DNA of 64,000 nucleotides from NCBI GenBank assembly GCA_964447005.1, contig CAYUQP010000009.1, positions 38,752 through 102,751 of the forward strand, given 5' to 3'. This DNA comes from an uncultured Bacteroidales bacterium (GTDB lineage: Bacteria; Bacteroidota; Bacteroidia; Bacteroidales; JAGOPY01). Below the pieces are notes generated by a model. The model worked only from the letters and a program-made list of their open reading frames with translations, had not been told where the DNA came from and ran no database searches. The position numbers were made by a program, and so were the translations under genes. Shown here piece after piece: positions 29,104 to 37,523 of the stretch (position 1 is the stretch's first letter; the number at the start of each line of letters is the position of its first letter).

Positions 29104-30687
29104 TTAGCCCGTCGCATAGAATTTCATCTCAAGTAACCTGACCTTTTTTCCCTTCAGGTCATCATGATAACACCGGAGCAACATGGGTTTGATCAGGATT
29201 CCAGCTCCGGCTGATAAAATAATCTCCGACGGGGAACTGTTTTCAGTTATGATCTTTTGCTCACCTGTTTCAAGCATCTTTTTATGGGAACCTGGCATTA
29301 AAAGGAGCGGAAAAGATAAAATATGTGCGTGTTCCAGGAAAAAGACCAGGCTGAACGCGATGTCATCGTATGATTGCCTCCAGGTCAGCCACTCATCGGG
29401 CAGGTTCTGGTAAAGTATGACTTCCTTCAAAATAAGATCCTCCGGTCCCTGGAATCTGATCTTGTCAATATTACGGTTCATCAGGACCATTTTAAGTTTA
29501 GGATTAGCCTCAGGATCAATGGTTTTTACAAACCTGCCCTGGACTGTGAACTCCCCGGCATGATGCAGGATCGAGGCAACCTGTCGTATGGCCCTTTTCG
29601 TAAAAAGATTGTTGATCACAGCAAAACCTTTGTTTTCGAGCTTTTTCCGGATGATATCAATGCCTTTTTCGTTAATGGAGGTATTATAAAGATCGATTGC
29701 TTCACTCAGACGGCCGACAATGCTGCGCTTCAATCCTTCCGGTGACAGCACCTGCATCCCCTCTCCCATTCCGAGGATCTCTTTTTCCAGCTCAAAATTG
29801 TGCTGAACCGTTAGTTCAATGGTAATACCATGGTCATCTTTGCCGATCACCTTCTGGGAGCTATGCAACGGCTTGGTAACGATATAATTGGCATGCCTGT
29901 GTGAAACATAAAGCACTATCTTTTCCGGCTTCTGGTTCGCCTCCACCGTCACCCCGATCACATCCTTGAAATAGCTTTCCGGGTTGAAGTTTTCCACCGC
30001 GATATAAGGCAACTCCGAGGGATGGACGGCCATGATCCGGTCAAGGGCCAGCGTGAGGACCGGCTCATTCTTCTTTTTAACCCCGAGGATATACCACCTG
30101 TTGCGAAATTCTTTCAGCAAATACGGATGAAAAATGAAGGTATTGGCCTGCCTTGCCCTGAACGACTGGTATGTCAGCTTAATGGCCCGTTGCTGGATGA
30201 TCGACTGGTAAAGCACGTCCAGATAATCCAGCCCCTTCAGGTTTTCGTTTTTCTCGAAATCGATGGCCGGCTTCTGCTTCTTCTTTTTAGAATAGACATG
30301 GTCTTCGAGCTTCTGTATCATCCCGTCCAGGTCCCTGAAGTGCGAAAAGCCCCTGAACTGCTTCATGAATTCCACCGCTTCCGACATTTTCTCCAGGTCC
30401 TGGTCGGTCAGCGGGATGTTGGTAATGCTGTAGCCTTTCTCTTCGTAGGTATAATACTTGTTGTCATACACGACGATGGGTGCGTTGTAGCCCAGCTTGT
30501 CGCTGCGCATCAACTGGATATCCAGTTGAACGGTCCTCCGGCTGATACCTTTTGTGATGCCTTCGTATTCATACAACGCTTCCGAGCATGCCTCTATCAG
30601 GTCTTCCAGGGTCCATTGACGATAGCGGTTTTGGAGGCATTGGTCAATGGTTTTATAACGGATTAATGCATTACGGTTGACTGGCAT
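29104..30687 (-). CDS. HTH-WYL-WCX transcriptional regulator with an additional C-terminal domain of about 190 aa and unknown function
   Basis: N-terminal HTH (ISRRTVQLDIQLM). WYL motif IKLTYQSFRARQANTFIFHPYLLKEFRNRWYILGV. WCX-like segment to about aa 340. Residues 340-527 have no recognisable family. Divergent from the ncRNA/SPFH/rtcB cluster. Confidence 0.7.
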   Translation of the reverse strand: MPVNRNALIRYKTIDQCLQNRYRQWTLEDLIEACSEALYEYEGITKGISRRTVQLDIQLMRSDKLGYNAPIVVYDNKYYTYEEKGYSITNIPLTDQDLEKMSEAVEFMKQFRGFSHFRDLDGMIQKLEDHVYSKKKKQKPAIDFEKNENLKGLDYLDVLYQSIIQQRAIKLTYQSFRARQANTFIFHPYLLKEFRNRWYILGVKKKNEPVLTLALDRIMAVHPSELPYIAVENFNPESYFKDVIGVTVEANQKPEKIVLYVSHRHANYIVTKPLHSSQKVIGKDDHGITIELTVQHNFELEKEILGMGEGMQVLSPEGLKRSIVGRLSEAIDLYNTSINEKGIDIIRKKLENKGFAVINNLFTKRAIRQVASILHHAGEFTVQGRFVKTIDPEANPKLKMVLMNRNIDKIRFQGPEDLILKEVILYQNLPDEWLTWRQSYDDIAFSLVFFLEHAHILSFPLLLMPGSHKKMLETGEQKIITENSSPSEIILSAGAGILIKPMLLRCYHDDLKGKKVRLLEMKFYATG

Positions 30688-30798
30688 AAGAATATTTTTA
30701 ATAAAAATAAAAAATATTTTCAGTTACGCAAAAAGCTTGCGCAGCGGTTTATAAATATTTGCAATGTTCTTTGATTTAATTGCTTGTTCCGATGAACA

Positions 30799-30884
30799 GG
30801 TGGTGAAAATAAGGCAGAATGGACCCCGATATTTTCAGGATGAAAATATCGGGGTGGCGAAAGGGTTCGAGTCCCTGCACCACC
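30799..30884 (+). ncRNA. Non-canonical tRNA-like RNA module A. It has a 7-bp acceptor-like terminal helix, a 14-bp perfect hairpin at the anticodon-arm position and a T-arm, but no D-arm.
   Basis: GGTGGTG (30799-30805) pairs with CACCACC (30878-30884). CCCCGATATTTTCA-gga-TGAAAATATCGGGG spans 30824-30854. The T-arm AGGGTTCGAGTCCCT spans 30862-30876. The T-loop orientation is on the + strand. Confidence 0.4.
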
Positions 30885-30989
30885 GCGATAGGATGAGGAT
30901 GAGCAAAGCCCGGGTGCAAGTTTCCCTATGGCTTCACAGTGTTGCGTCCCTTAGGCCGTAATATGCTGCTTTCCTCGTCGCATTTTATC

Positions 30990-31100
30990 ACTAAACAACT
31001 TGTAGGTCGGGGGTTCGAATCCCCCTCCGTGTCGAAAGCGGATAGCCCAGCGGTAGAGCAGCAAGCAAACATGCAGGTTCGAATCCTGCTCCCTGGTTCA
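30990..31100 (+). ncRNA. Permuted tRNA-like module B/C (Y-RNA-like, YrlA-type tRNA mimic candidate)
   Basis: The order is CTTGT-AGGTC (variable loop), GGGGGTTCGAATCCCCC (T-arm), TCCG-tgtcgaaag-CGGA (closed acceptor-like hairpin), TA (U8A9), GCCCAGCGGTAGAGC (D-arm), A, GCAAG. The two flanks CTTGT/GCAAG can pair as an anticodon-position stem. It is followed by a second T-arm-like hairpin GCAGGTTCGAATCCTGC. No canonical cloverleaf can be formed. Confidence 0.4.
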
Positions 31101-31184
31101 GGGAATGCGTAATGGTTGACGCGATGAATTGTAGGTTCATTGTTTATTGCAAGATGGTCACTTGTAAAAATGACCGCAGGAACA

Positions 31185-31417
31185 GCCGGAAGCCAGCCGG
31201 TTTCCCGGGTTTACCCGGAAAACAGTTTCAAACCGGCCGGGGCGAGGGGATCTCGCCGGTGTGCCCAGGGCTGCTTTCATCTGCATGAATTTCCGATCCG
31301 GTGCCGCTTCGGCTTCATCGCTGAGGAAAGGAGATGCAGAGAAACCAGCCTTGAAATCCCGGCTAAACCGGGCCTCCGCCGGAATGGGATGGCCGGCTTC
31401 CGCTGTTCTATTTTAAA
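31185..31417 (+). ncRNA. GC-rich structured RNA element (unknown class) closed by a long-range helix, immediately upstream of the SPFH gene
   Basis: CAGCCGGAAGCC (31185-31196) pairs with GGCTTCCGCTG (31407-31417). The interior holds hairpins CCCGGGtttaCCCGG, GCCGcttcGGC (UUCG tetraloop) and CCCGGctaaaCCGGG. GC content is far above the AT-rich flanks. The 93-aa Arg-rich ORF here is implausible. Confidence 0.3.
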
Positions 31418-32551
31418 ATGAAATCTATTAACCAATTAATACATATTGAGATGAGAAAAGTAATAATTAACGCGGGAAACGTAGGCCTGGTCTTCAGAAA
31501 AGAAGCCTACAAAAGGGTACTGACCGAAGGTTCGTACTGGATCGCACTGAATGAAAGGGTGATCGTATTCAACATGGCGAAGCCTTTCGTGCCGCCTGTC
31601 GATTTGAACATCCTGTTAAGGGATAAAGTGCTGGCTGCCTTGCTGACGATTATCAAAGTGGCCGACAATGAAATCGCCCTGAAGTTTGAGGACGGGATCT
31701 TCAAAGGGGTCCTGGTGCCTGGAAAATACGCCTTCTGGAAAGGATTGACCGACTACACGTTCACGATGGTCGACCTGGGAGTGAAAGAGATCCCGGACGA
31801 CCTGGACAAGAACCTGTTGGTGAAACCGGAAATAGCCACCTACCTGAGGGCCTACACGGTCGAATCGTTCGAAAAAGGGATCATGTTCGTGGACGGGAAA
31901 TTCGAAAAGATGCTGGACCCGGGGATTTATTTCTTCTGGAAAAACGCAATCCCGGTCTCGGTTGTAAAAGCCGACCTGAGGCAGTTGCAACTGGAAGTTT
32001 CGGGACAGGAGATCCTGACCAGGGACAAAGCAGCCCTGAGGGTAAACTTCTACGCTCAGTACAGGATCAGCGACGCGGTCAAGGCTGTGGTCGAATGCAA
32101 GGAATACGACAAACAGTTGTATATCCTGATGCAGCTGGCGTTGAGGGAATACATCGGGATGTACGCGCTGGATGAATTATTGGAAAATAAGGAGTCGGTC
32201 GCAAAAAGCATCCTGAAAAACACCGGGGAGCCGGCCGCAAGGCTGGGTGTGGAGATCGTGGCCTGCGGGATCAGGGATATCATTCTGCCCGGAGAGGTGA
32301 AGGATATCATGAACCAGGTGCTGATCGCCGAGAAAAAGGCCCAGGCTAACATCATCACCAGGAGAGAAGAAACCGCTTCGACAAGGAGCTTGCTGAATAC
32401 TGCCAAACTGATGGAAGACAACGCCATGTTGTTTAAACTGAAAGAAATGGAATATGTTGAAAAGATCGCAGATAAGATCAACACCATTTCGTTATCGGGC
32501 GGTAACCAGATCATCGACCAGTTGAGGGATATCTTCTCGCCGGGCAAATAG
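31418..32551 (+). CDS. SPFH/band-7 (stomatin/prohibitin-like, slipin-type) domain protein
   Basis: GVEIVACGIRDIILPGEVKDIMNQVLIAEKKAQANIITRREETAS is a typical SPFH C-terminal core. 377 aa with an N-terminal extension and no clear TM. Confidence 0.7.
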   Translation: MKSINQLIHIEMRKVIINAGNVGLVFRKEAYKRVLTEGSYWIALNERVIVFNMAKPFVPPVDLNILLRDKVLAALLTIIKVADNEIALKFEDGIFKGVLVPGKYAFWKGLTDYTFTMVDLGVKEIPDDLDKNLLVKPEIATYLRAYTVESFEKGIMFVDGKFEKMLDPGIYFFWKNAIPVSVVKADLRQLQLEVSGQEILTRDKAALRVNFYAQYRISDAVKAVVECKEYDKQLYILMQLALREYIGMYALDELLENKESVAKSILKNTGEPAARLGVEIVACGIRDIILPGEVKDIMNQVLIAEKKAQANIITRREETASTRSLLNTAKLMEDNAMLFKLKEMEYVEKIADKINTISLSGGNQIIDQLRDIFSPGK

Positions 32552-32556
32552 TTCAG

Positions 32557-32690
32557 AACCTCACCCCCTTTACCCCCTGCCCCCTATTCCCCCTCTCCAG
32601 ATTGGAGAGGGGGAATAGGGGGTGAGGTTGAAACGTGGAGAGGGGGTTAGGGGGTGAGGTTGAAAAACCGACGGCTTTAGTCGTCGGTTG
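32557..32690. repeat. MITE-like repeat copy 3. It has the internal cctcaccccctttaccccctgccc/gggggtgaggttgaaa module plus the right TIR, and no left TIR.
   Basis: cctcaccccctttaccccctgcccctattccccctctcc-agattgg-agagggggaatagggggtgagg palindrome. Direct repeat gggggtgaggttgaaa x2. Then AACCGACGGCTTTAGTCGTCGG. Confidence 0.6.
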
Positions 32691-32736
32691 TAATTAAAAT
32701 GCAAATCTTTAGGCTTATATATTTTATCTTTAAACA

Positions 32737-33900
32737 ATGAAACAAGTAATCACCACCGAAAATAAGCCCATCAAATTATGGCTGGATGAAATCGAAGCAG
32801 AGGCTATGGCCCAGGCCCGAAACCTGGCCAATCTGCCGTTTGCGCACAAGCACATCGCCATCATGCCCGACAGCCATGTGGGCTACGGCATGCCGATCGG
32901 CGCTGTGCTTGCCACTAAGGGAGCGGTGGTCCCCAACGCGGTGGGCGTGGATATCGGTTGCGGCATGTGCGCCATGAGGACCGACATGAAGCGCATCACC
33001 AAACTGCAGTTGAAGAAGATCATGGGAATAGCCAGGAAGCTGATCCCGGTAGGCTTCGACCATCACAGGGAAAGGCAGGATGAAGCGCTGATGCCGCAGC
33101 AGAACCGTGAATCCATGAAGATCGTGACCCGGGAATACATTTCCGCGTTAAAGCAGATCGGTACCCTGGGGGGAGGTAACCATTTTATCGAGATCCAGAA
33201 AGGATCCGACGGGTTCACCTGGATCATGATCCATTCAGGCAGCAGGAACATCGGTCTGAAAGTAGCCGATTATTATAACAGGATGGCCCAGAAACTGAAC
33301 GAGCGGTACTTTTCCAGCGTGCCAAAAGAAGTCCAGCTCGCTTTTTTCCCGATTGAGAGCGAAGAAGCCCACCAATACATGGCTGAAATGCAGTACTGCA
33401 TCGATTTTGCGCTGGCCAACCGGAAGCTCATGATGGACCGGATGATCGAATCGGTCACAGAAGTGAAGGGCAGTTTCGGCCGGGACGAGATCATCAACAA
33501 GTCGCACAATTTCGCGGCCTGGGAGCATCATTTCAACACCAATGTCCTGGTGCACAGGAAAGGGGCTACCCGTGCTTATGAAGGCGAACTGGGCATGATC
33601 CCCGGTTCACAGGGTACCAGGTCCTACATCGTAAAAGGGCTGGGCAATGAAGAAAGCTTCAAATCCTGTTCGCACGGCGCCGGCCGGAAGATGGGCCGGA
33701 GCAAGGCCACAAAAGTCCTGGATCTTGAAAAAGAGATCGCATTCCTTGAAAAGCAGGGCATCCTGCATGCCATCAGGCATAAGGGAGACCTGGAAGAAGC
33801 CGCCGGCGCTTACAAGGATATCAATGTCGTAATGGAAAACCAGAAAGACCTTGTCGACATTGTGGTGGAACTCCGTCCGCTGGCTGTGATAAAGGGGTGA
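32737..33900 (+). CDS. rtcB: RtcB-family RNA 3'-phosphate/2',3'-cyclic phosphate ligase
   Basis: VGVDIGCGM, HSGSRNIG, GGGNHFIE and SHGAGRKMGR are the metal-binding and nucleotidyl-His motifs of RtcB. 387 aa. Confidence 0.9.
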   Translation: MKQVITTENKPIKLWLDEIEAEAMAQARNLANLPFAHKHIAIMPDSHVGYGMPIGAVLATKGAVVPNAVGVDIGCGMCAMRTDMKRITKLQLKKIMGIARKLIPVGFDHHRERQDEALMPQQNRESMKIVTREYISALKQIGTLGGGNHFIEIQKGSDGFTWIMIHSGSRNIGLKVADYYNRMAQKLNERYFSSVPKEVQLAFFPIESEEAHQYMAEMQYCIDFALANRKLMMDRMIESVTEVKGSFGRDEIINKSHNFAAWEHHFNTNVLVHRKGATRAYEGELGMIPGSQGTRSYIVKGLGNEESFKSCSHGAGRKMGRSKATKVLDLEKEIAFLEKQGILHAIRHKGDLEEAAGAYKDINVVMENQKDLVDIVVELRPLAVIKG

Positions 33901-33911
33901 AAAATAAGTGA

Positions 33912-35459
33912 CTATCTGGATATAATCATTTTAGAATTTCCTATTACTTTACTTCCTTCTTTATAAACGACCAAATATAATCCCCGAGGCAAATTTCCGA
34001 CATTGATTTGAACTTCATCATTATTTGCCGATACCATTTTGTTTGCGACTTTCCTACCTAGCATATCGTATATCTCAATTGAGCCTTCAAATCGGTCATG
34101 TAATCTCGGTAATTGGCATCTGATAAGTGTAGAGGCAGGATTCGGACTAATATGCAGATATCCTTTACTTTCTGCATCAACTATTTCCCCGCCCCCTTCT
34201 TCATCAATTCCTACCCAGCAATTCGGTACTTCGCAACCAATACTGTCCACCTTAATGACCCACATTTTTTGTACATGATTTGGGCCAAATAATGTATATG
34301 CCCAGCCTACCGCTATAAAGCCATTATCTTCAGTGATTGAAATATCATATAATTCGTTAAAAGGATCACCTGATCCAGGTGGATAATAATAATAATCCTT
34401 ATACCACAAGCTGTCTCCATCGGAATTCACCTCCATTATCCAACCTGCATTAGCGAAAGAAGGATCCAAAATCATGGAATAACCACACAAAATAAAGCCA
34501 CCATTTTGAGTAATATTAATATTGGAAATATAATTTACAGGTTTGGAAGGGCCATACTTTTTATTCCAGATCACATTGCCTTCCAGGTCGATTTTAACCA
34601 GATTAATTTTAGCATAGGCATAATCTGGTGTGTCCATTGAATCAGCATAGGCAGTTAAAACCATAATGCAGCTATCCTGGGTGTTGCACACTATGGCTTT
34701 GTCATCCCCATATGGTCCTCCCAAGTTCAACGACCATTCAAAATTCCCCTGGCTATCAGTTTTTATAACAATCGGGTCTGCAGTCACAATCTGAACAGGA
34801 ACGTATGCCCAGGTTCCCAGGATATACCCGGAATCCGCGGTTTGAGCGACGCTGACAGCCCAATCGTCTATTTCTGTTCCTAGCTGACTGCGCCAGATCT
34901 CATTCGCAGCGCTATCAGTCTTGATTAAAACAGCATCAGAATAACCTGAAAAGTTCTGAACTTCACCTAATAAGGCAAAACCATTATCGGAAGTTGTGGT
35001 GCACGTCCTGCCTATTAAATTGTTGTAAATTTCACTGTTGAATATCCGGGTAAAGATTGTATCGCCAAGATTATTGAAATTAAAAAATATTCCTTCATCA
35101 TGACCGGTGGAAAAGTTGTATCTTGAGCCAAAAGAAGCATAACTATTATCCGGGACTTCAACCAAAGAACCACGATAGCCCGGATAATAATCGTAACCAT
35201 ATTGCCCGAAATTTTTCCAGAATATTAGATTGCCCGTTTCATCTAGGAAAAAAGTGCAGGTATTGTAAAAATAATCTGAAACGCTGTCGCCTGAAATGGT
35301 GCATCCAAAATATCCATTTGGCGTTCCGATTATGTTAAGTCCACCAGCCCATGTTTCGTTAGGATTGTAAATTTGGCTGAAGTACCAGGGCTGGCAGTAG
35401 CCGACCCTGGTACTTGTTATAAGGAAGAAAATGATAATAAACATCCGTGTAGGCTTCAT
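33912..35459 (-). CDS. Secreted beta-propeller-like protein with T9SS C-terminal sorting domain
   Basis: Signal peptide. Repeated aromatic/Gly-rich blades. The C-terminus IEIYDMLGRKVANKMV...GLYLVVYKEGSKVIGNSKMIISR is a type-A T9SS CTD. Confidence 0.6.
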   Translation of the reverse strand: MKPTRMFIIIFFLITSTRVGYCQPWYFSQIYNPNETWAGGLNIIGTPNGYFGCTISGDSVSDYFYNTCTFFLDETGNLIFWKNFGQYGYDYYPGYRGSLVEVPDNSYASFGSRYNFSTGHDEGIFFNFNNLGDTIFTRIFNSEIYNNLIGRTCTTTSDNGFALLGEVQNFSGYSDAVLIKTDSAANEIWRSQLGTEIDDWAVSVAQTADSGYILGTWAYVPVQIVTADPIVIKTDSQGNFEWSLNLGGPYGDDKAIVCNTQDSCIMVLTAYADSMDTPDYAYAKINLVKIDLEGNVIWNKKYGPSKPVNYISNINITQNGGFILCGYSMILDPSFANAGWIMEVNSDGDSLWYKDYYYYPPGSGDPFNELYDISITEDNGFIAVGWAYTLFGPNHVQKMWVIKVDSIGCEVPNCWVGIDEEGGGEIVDAESKGYLHISPNPASTLIRCQLPRLHDRFEGSIEIYDMLGRKVANKMVSANNDEVQINVGNLPRGLYLVVYKEGSKVIGNSKMIISR

Positions 35460-35632
35460 GAATCAATCTGATATAAGGAAATGGATTATTATTTTAAAAT
35501 AATGATTTTACCATTTTGATCTTTATCACCCGATAAAACAAATTTATAGAAATAAATCCCTTGTTCCCAATCCTTTTCAATATATTATCATACAATGACT
35601 TTACTCTATTATCCAATGCTTAGATCACTTTT

Positions 35633-35680
35633 AGCGAATTCCAAATTCCCTTAACCGATGGCTTTAGTCGTCGGACTAAA
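35633..35680. repeat. MITE-like repeat copy 4 (right TIR only, variant AACCGATGGCTTTAGTCGTCGG), preceded by aattcca-type units
   Basis: Sequence identity to the right arms at 2078, 4469 and 32667. Confidence 0.5.
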
Positions 35681-35718
35681 AACAAAACGGATTTACCTGC
35701 TGGACTGAGAACAAGTTC

Positions 35719-37194
35719 TTACAAACTCTTGATCTCCGCCACCAGTTTCTGCAAGGTGGCCTTGGCGTCACCAAACAGCATGCTGTTCTTCCGGTGGTAA
35801 AACAGGTTGTTGGGTATGGCGGCATAACCTGCTGCCATGCTGCGTTTCATGACAATGATATTCTTGGCGTCCAGCACTTTAATGATCGGCATGCCGTAGA
35901 TCGGGCTTGAAGGATCATCCTCGGCGGCAGGGTTCACCACATCGTTGGCGCCGATCACCATCACCACGTCGGTGCTGCCCATCTCCTTGTTGGCGTCTTC
36001 CATCTCCATAAGCTTTTCATAAGGAACATCGGCTTCAGCCAGCAACACGTTCATATGGCCGGGCATACGGCCTGCAACCGGGTGGATCGCATATTTCACT
36101 TCAACGCCTTTTCCGGAAAGCAGGTGGTCAAGCTCATTACAAAGGTGTTGTGCCTGGGCTACCGCCAACCCGTAACCGGGGACGATGTAAACCAGTTTTG
36201 AATAGCTCAGCAGCACGGCGGCATCGCTGAGCGTGATCTCCTTGACGGTCTTGTCGGCCGACTCGGTGCCCTTGGCACCGGCCACCCCGAAGGCACCGAT
36301 GATGACGTTCATCAGCGAACGGTTCATGGCTCTGCACATCAGGATGGTCAGGATCGTACCCGACGATCCGACAAGGATACCTCCGGTGAGCATAGCCTGG
36401 TTTCCGTAAAGGAACCCGCCCATAGCGGCCGCGACGCCTGTGAATGAGTTCAGCAGCGAGATGACGACCGGCATATCCGCCCCGCCGATGGGCATGACGA
36501 ATGTGACCCCGTAGGCAAGCGCTGCCGCCGCGAAAAGATAAATGGGCCAGTTGTTTCCGACCTGTGGTTTCATAAAGAGAATAACGACCAGCGCTACGAG
36601 GAGAATCACTAGGAATGTAAGGTTTACAATGCGAAGCATCGGGTGCTTGATATCCCCGATGCGCCCGTCGAGTTTGCCGAAGGCGATCATACTTCCGGCA
36701 AAAGAAACGCTCCCGATCATCAGTCCCAGCATGATGGCAATCCCCTCCCCGCTGAGCATATGTGCTGCCCCTTCGTAGGCCAGCGTATTCTGCATATTGG
36801 GGAACTCCATCATCGAGATCAGGGCGGCACAGGCGCCTCCCATCCCGTTGAATATGGACACCATCTGCGGCATGGCGGTCATTTTCACTTTCACCGAGGC
36901 GTACCAGCCGATGAAAGAGCCGATGGCCAGCGCGGCGACAATCCATCCGATATTGTGTATGCCCCTGGTTTCAAAGGTTCCGTCAGGGAGCTCCACACTT
37001 GTTTTATGGAAAAGTATGGTGAAAACAATGGCTGCAGCCATGCCCGCAGCTGCCCAGAGGTTTCCGGCGCGTGCCGTGGCGGGATGGCTGAGTTTTTTCA
37101 AACCGAGAATAAAAAGGACCGAGGCCAGGATGTACGAAACTTCAAGAATGGATACCTGGTTCGAGAATTCGATGATTTTAGTGATTGTTTCCAT
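35719..37194 (-). CDS. pntB: NAD(P) transhydrogenase subunit beta
   Basis: Multi-TM N-terminal half. The C-terminal NADP(H)-binding domain is GYGLAVAQAQH...VIGANDVVNPAA. 491 aa. Confidence 0.9.
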   Translation of the reverse strand: METITKIIEFSNQVSILEVSYILASVLFILGLKKLSHPATARAGNLWAAAGMAAAIVFTILFHKTSVELPDGTFETRGIHNIGWIVAALAIGSFIGWYASVKVKMTAMPQMVSIFNGMGGACAALISMMEFPNMQNTLAYEGAAHMLSGEGIAIMLGLMIGSVSFAGSMIAFGKLDGRIGDIKHPMLRIVNLTFLVILLVALVVILFMKPQVGNNWPIYLFAAAALAYGVTFVMPIGGADMPVVISLLNSFTGVAAAMGGFLYGNQAMLTGGILVGSSGTILTILMCRAMNRSLMNVIIGAFGVAGAKGTESADKTVKEITLSDAAVLLSYSKLVYIVPGYGLAVAQAQHLCNELDHLLSGKGVEVKYAIHPVAGRMPGHMNVLLAEADVPYEKLMEMEDANKEMGSTDVVMVIGANDVVNPAAEDDPSSPIYGMPIIKVLDAKNIIVMKRSMAAGYAAIPNNLFYHRKNSMLFGDAKATLQKLVAEIKSL

Positions 37195-37206
37195 GATCTG
37201 CCCTCC

Positions 37207-37512
37207 TTATTTCTTCTTTTTCCTGAACATTTCAAGCATCCTGTCCGTCACGACAAACCCGCCGACCACGTTCAGCGTTCCGAGGATCACGGCAATAAAA
37301 CCAAGGATGAGCGACAGGGTGTTATCCGCATGCCCCATCACGATGATGGCCCCGATAATGACTACGCCGTGTATGGCGTTGCTCCCCGACATCAGGGGGG
37401 TGTGCAGTACGGCCGGCACGTGTGAGATCACTTCAATGCCCAGGAATATCGACAGGATGATGATAAAGATCATGTCCTTGTATTCCAGGAAAAATTTCAA
37501 CACTTCTTCCAT
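37207..37512 (-). CDS. pntAB: NAD(P) transhydrogenase subunit alpha, part 2 (membrane domain)
   Basis: 101-aa 3-TM protein between pntAA and pntB. Standard split-alpha arrangement. Confidence 0.8.
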   Translation of the reverse strand: MEEVLKFFLEYKDMIFIIILSIFLGIEVISHVPAVLHTPLMSGSNAIHGVVIIGAIIVMGHADNTLSLILGFIAVILGTLNVVGGFVVTDRMLEMFRKKKK

Positions 37513-37523
37513 AAGATTTTATG

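Noticed and set aside
30795-31100. tmRNA (ssrA) as an explanation for the tRNA-like T-arm and acceptor elements
   Set aside because: There is no GGGGCUG-type 5' end and no tag-peptide reading frame ending in ...ALAA stop. The T-arm is not followed by an acceptor 3' strand plus CCA. Three T-arm boxes do not fit a one-piece tmRNA.
31140-31421. 93-aa ORF (Arg-rich, MFIARWSLVKMTAGTAG...) in the GC-rich block upstream of the SPFH gene
   Set aside because: The composition and the dense local hairpins indicate structured RNA or a leader. The peptide is low-complexity and basic with no homology features. Treated as a spurious ORF.
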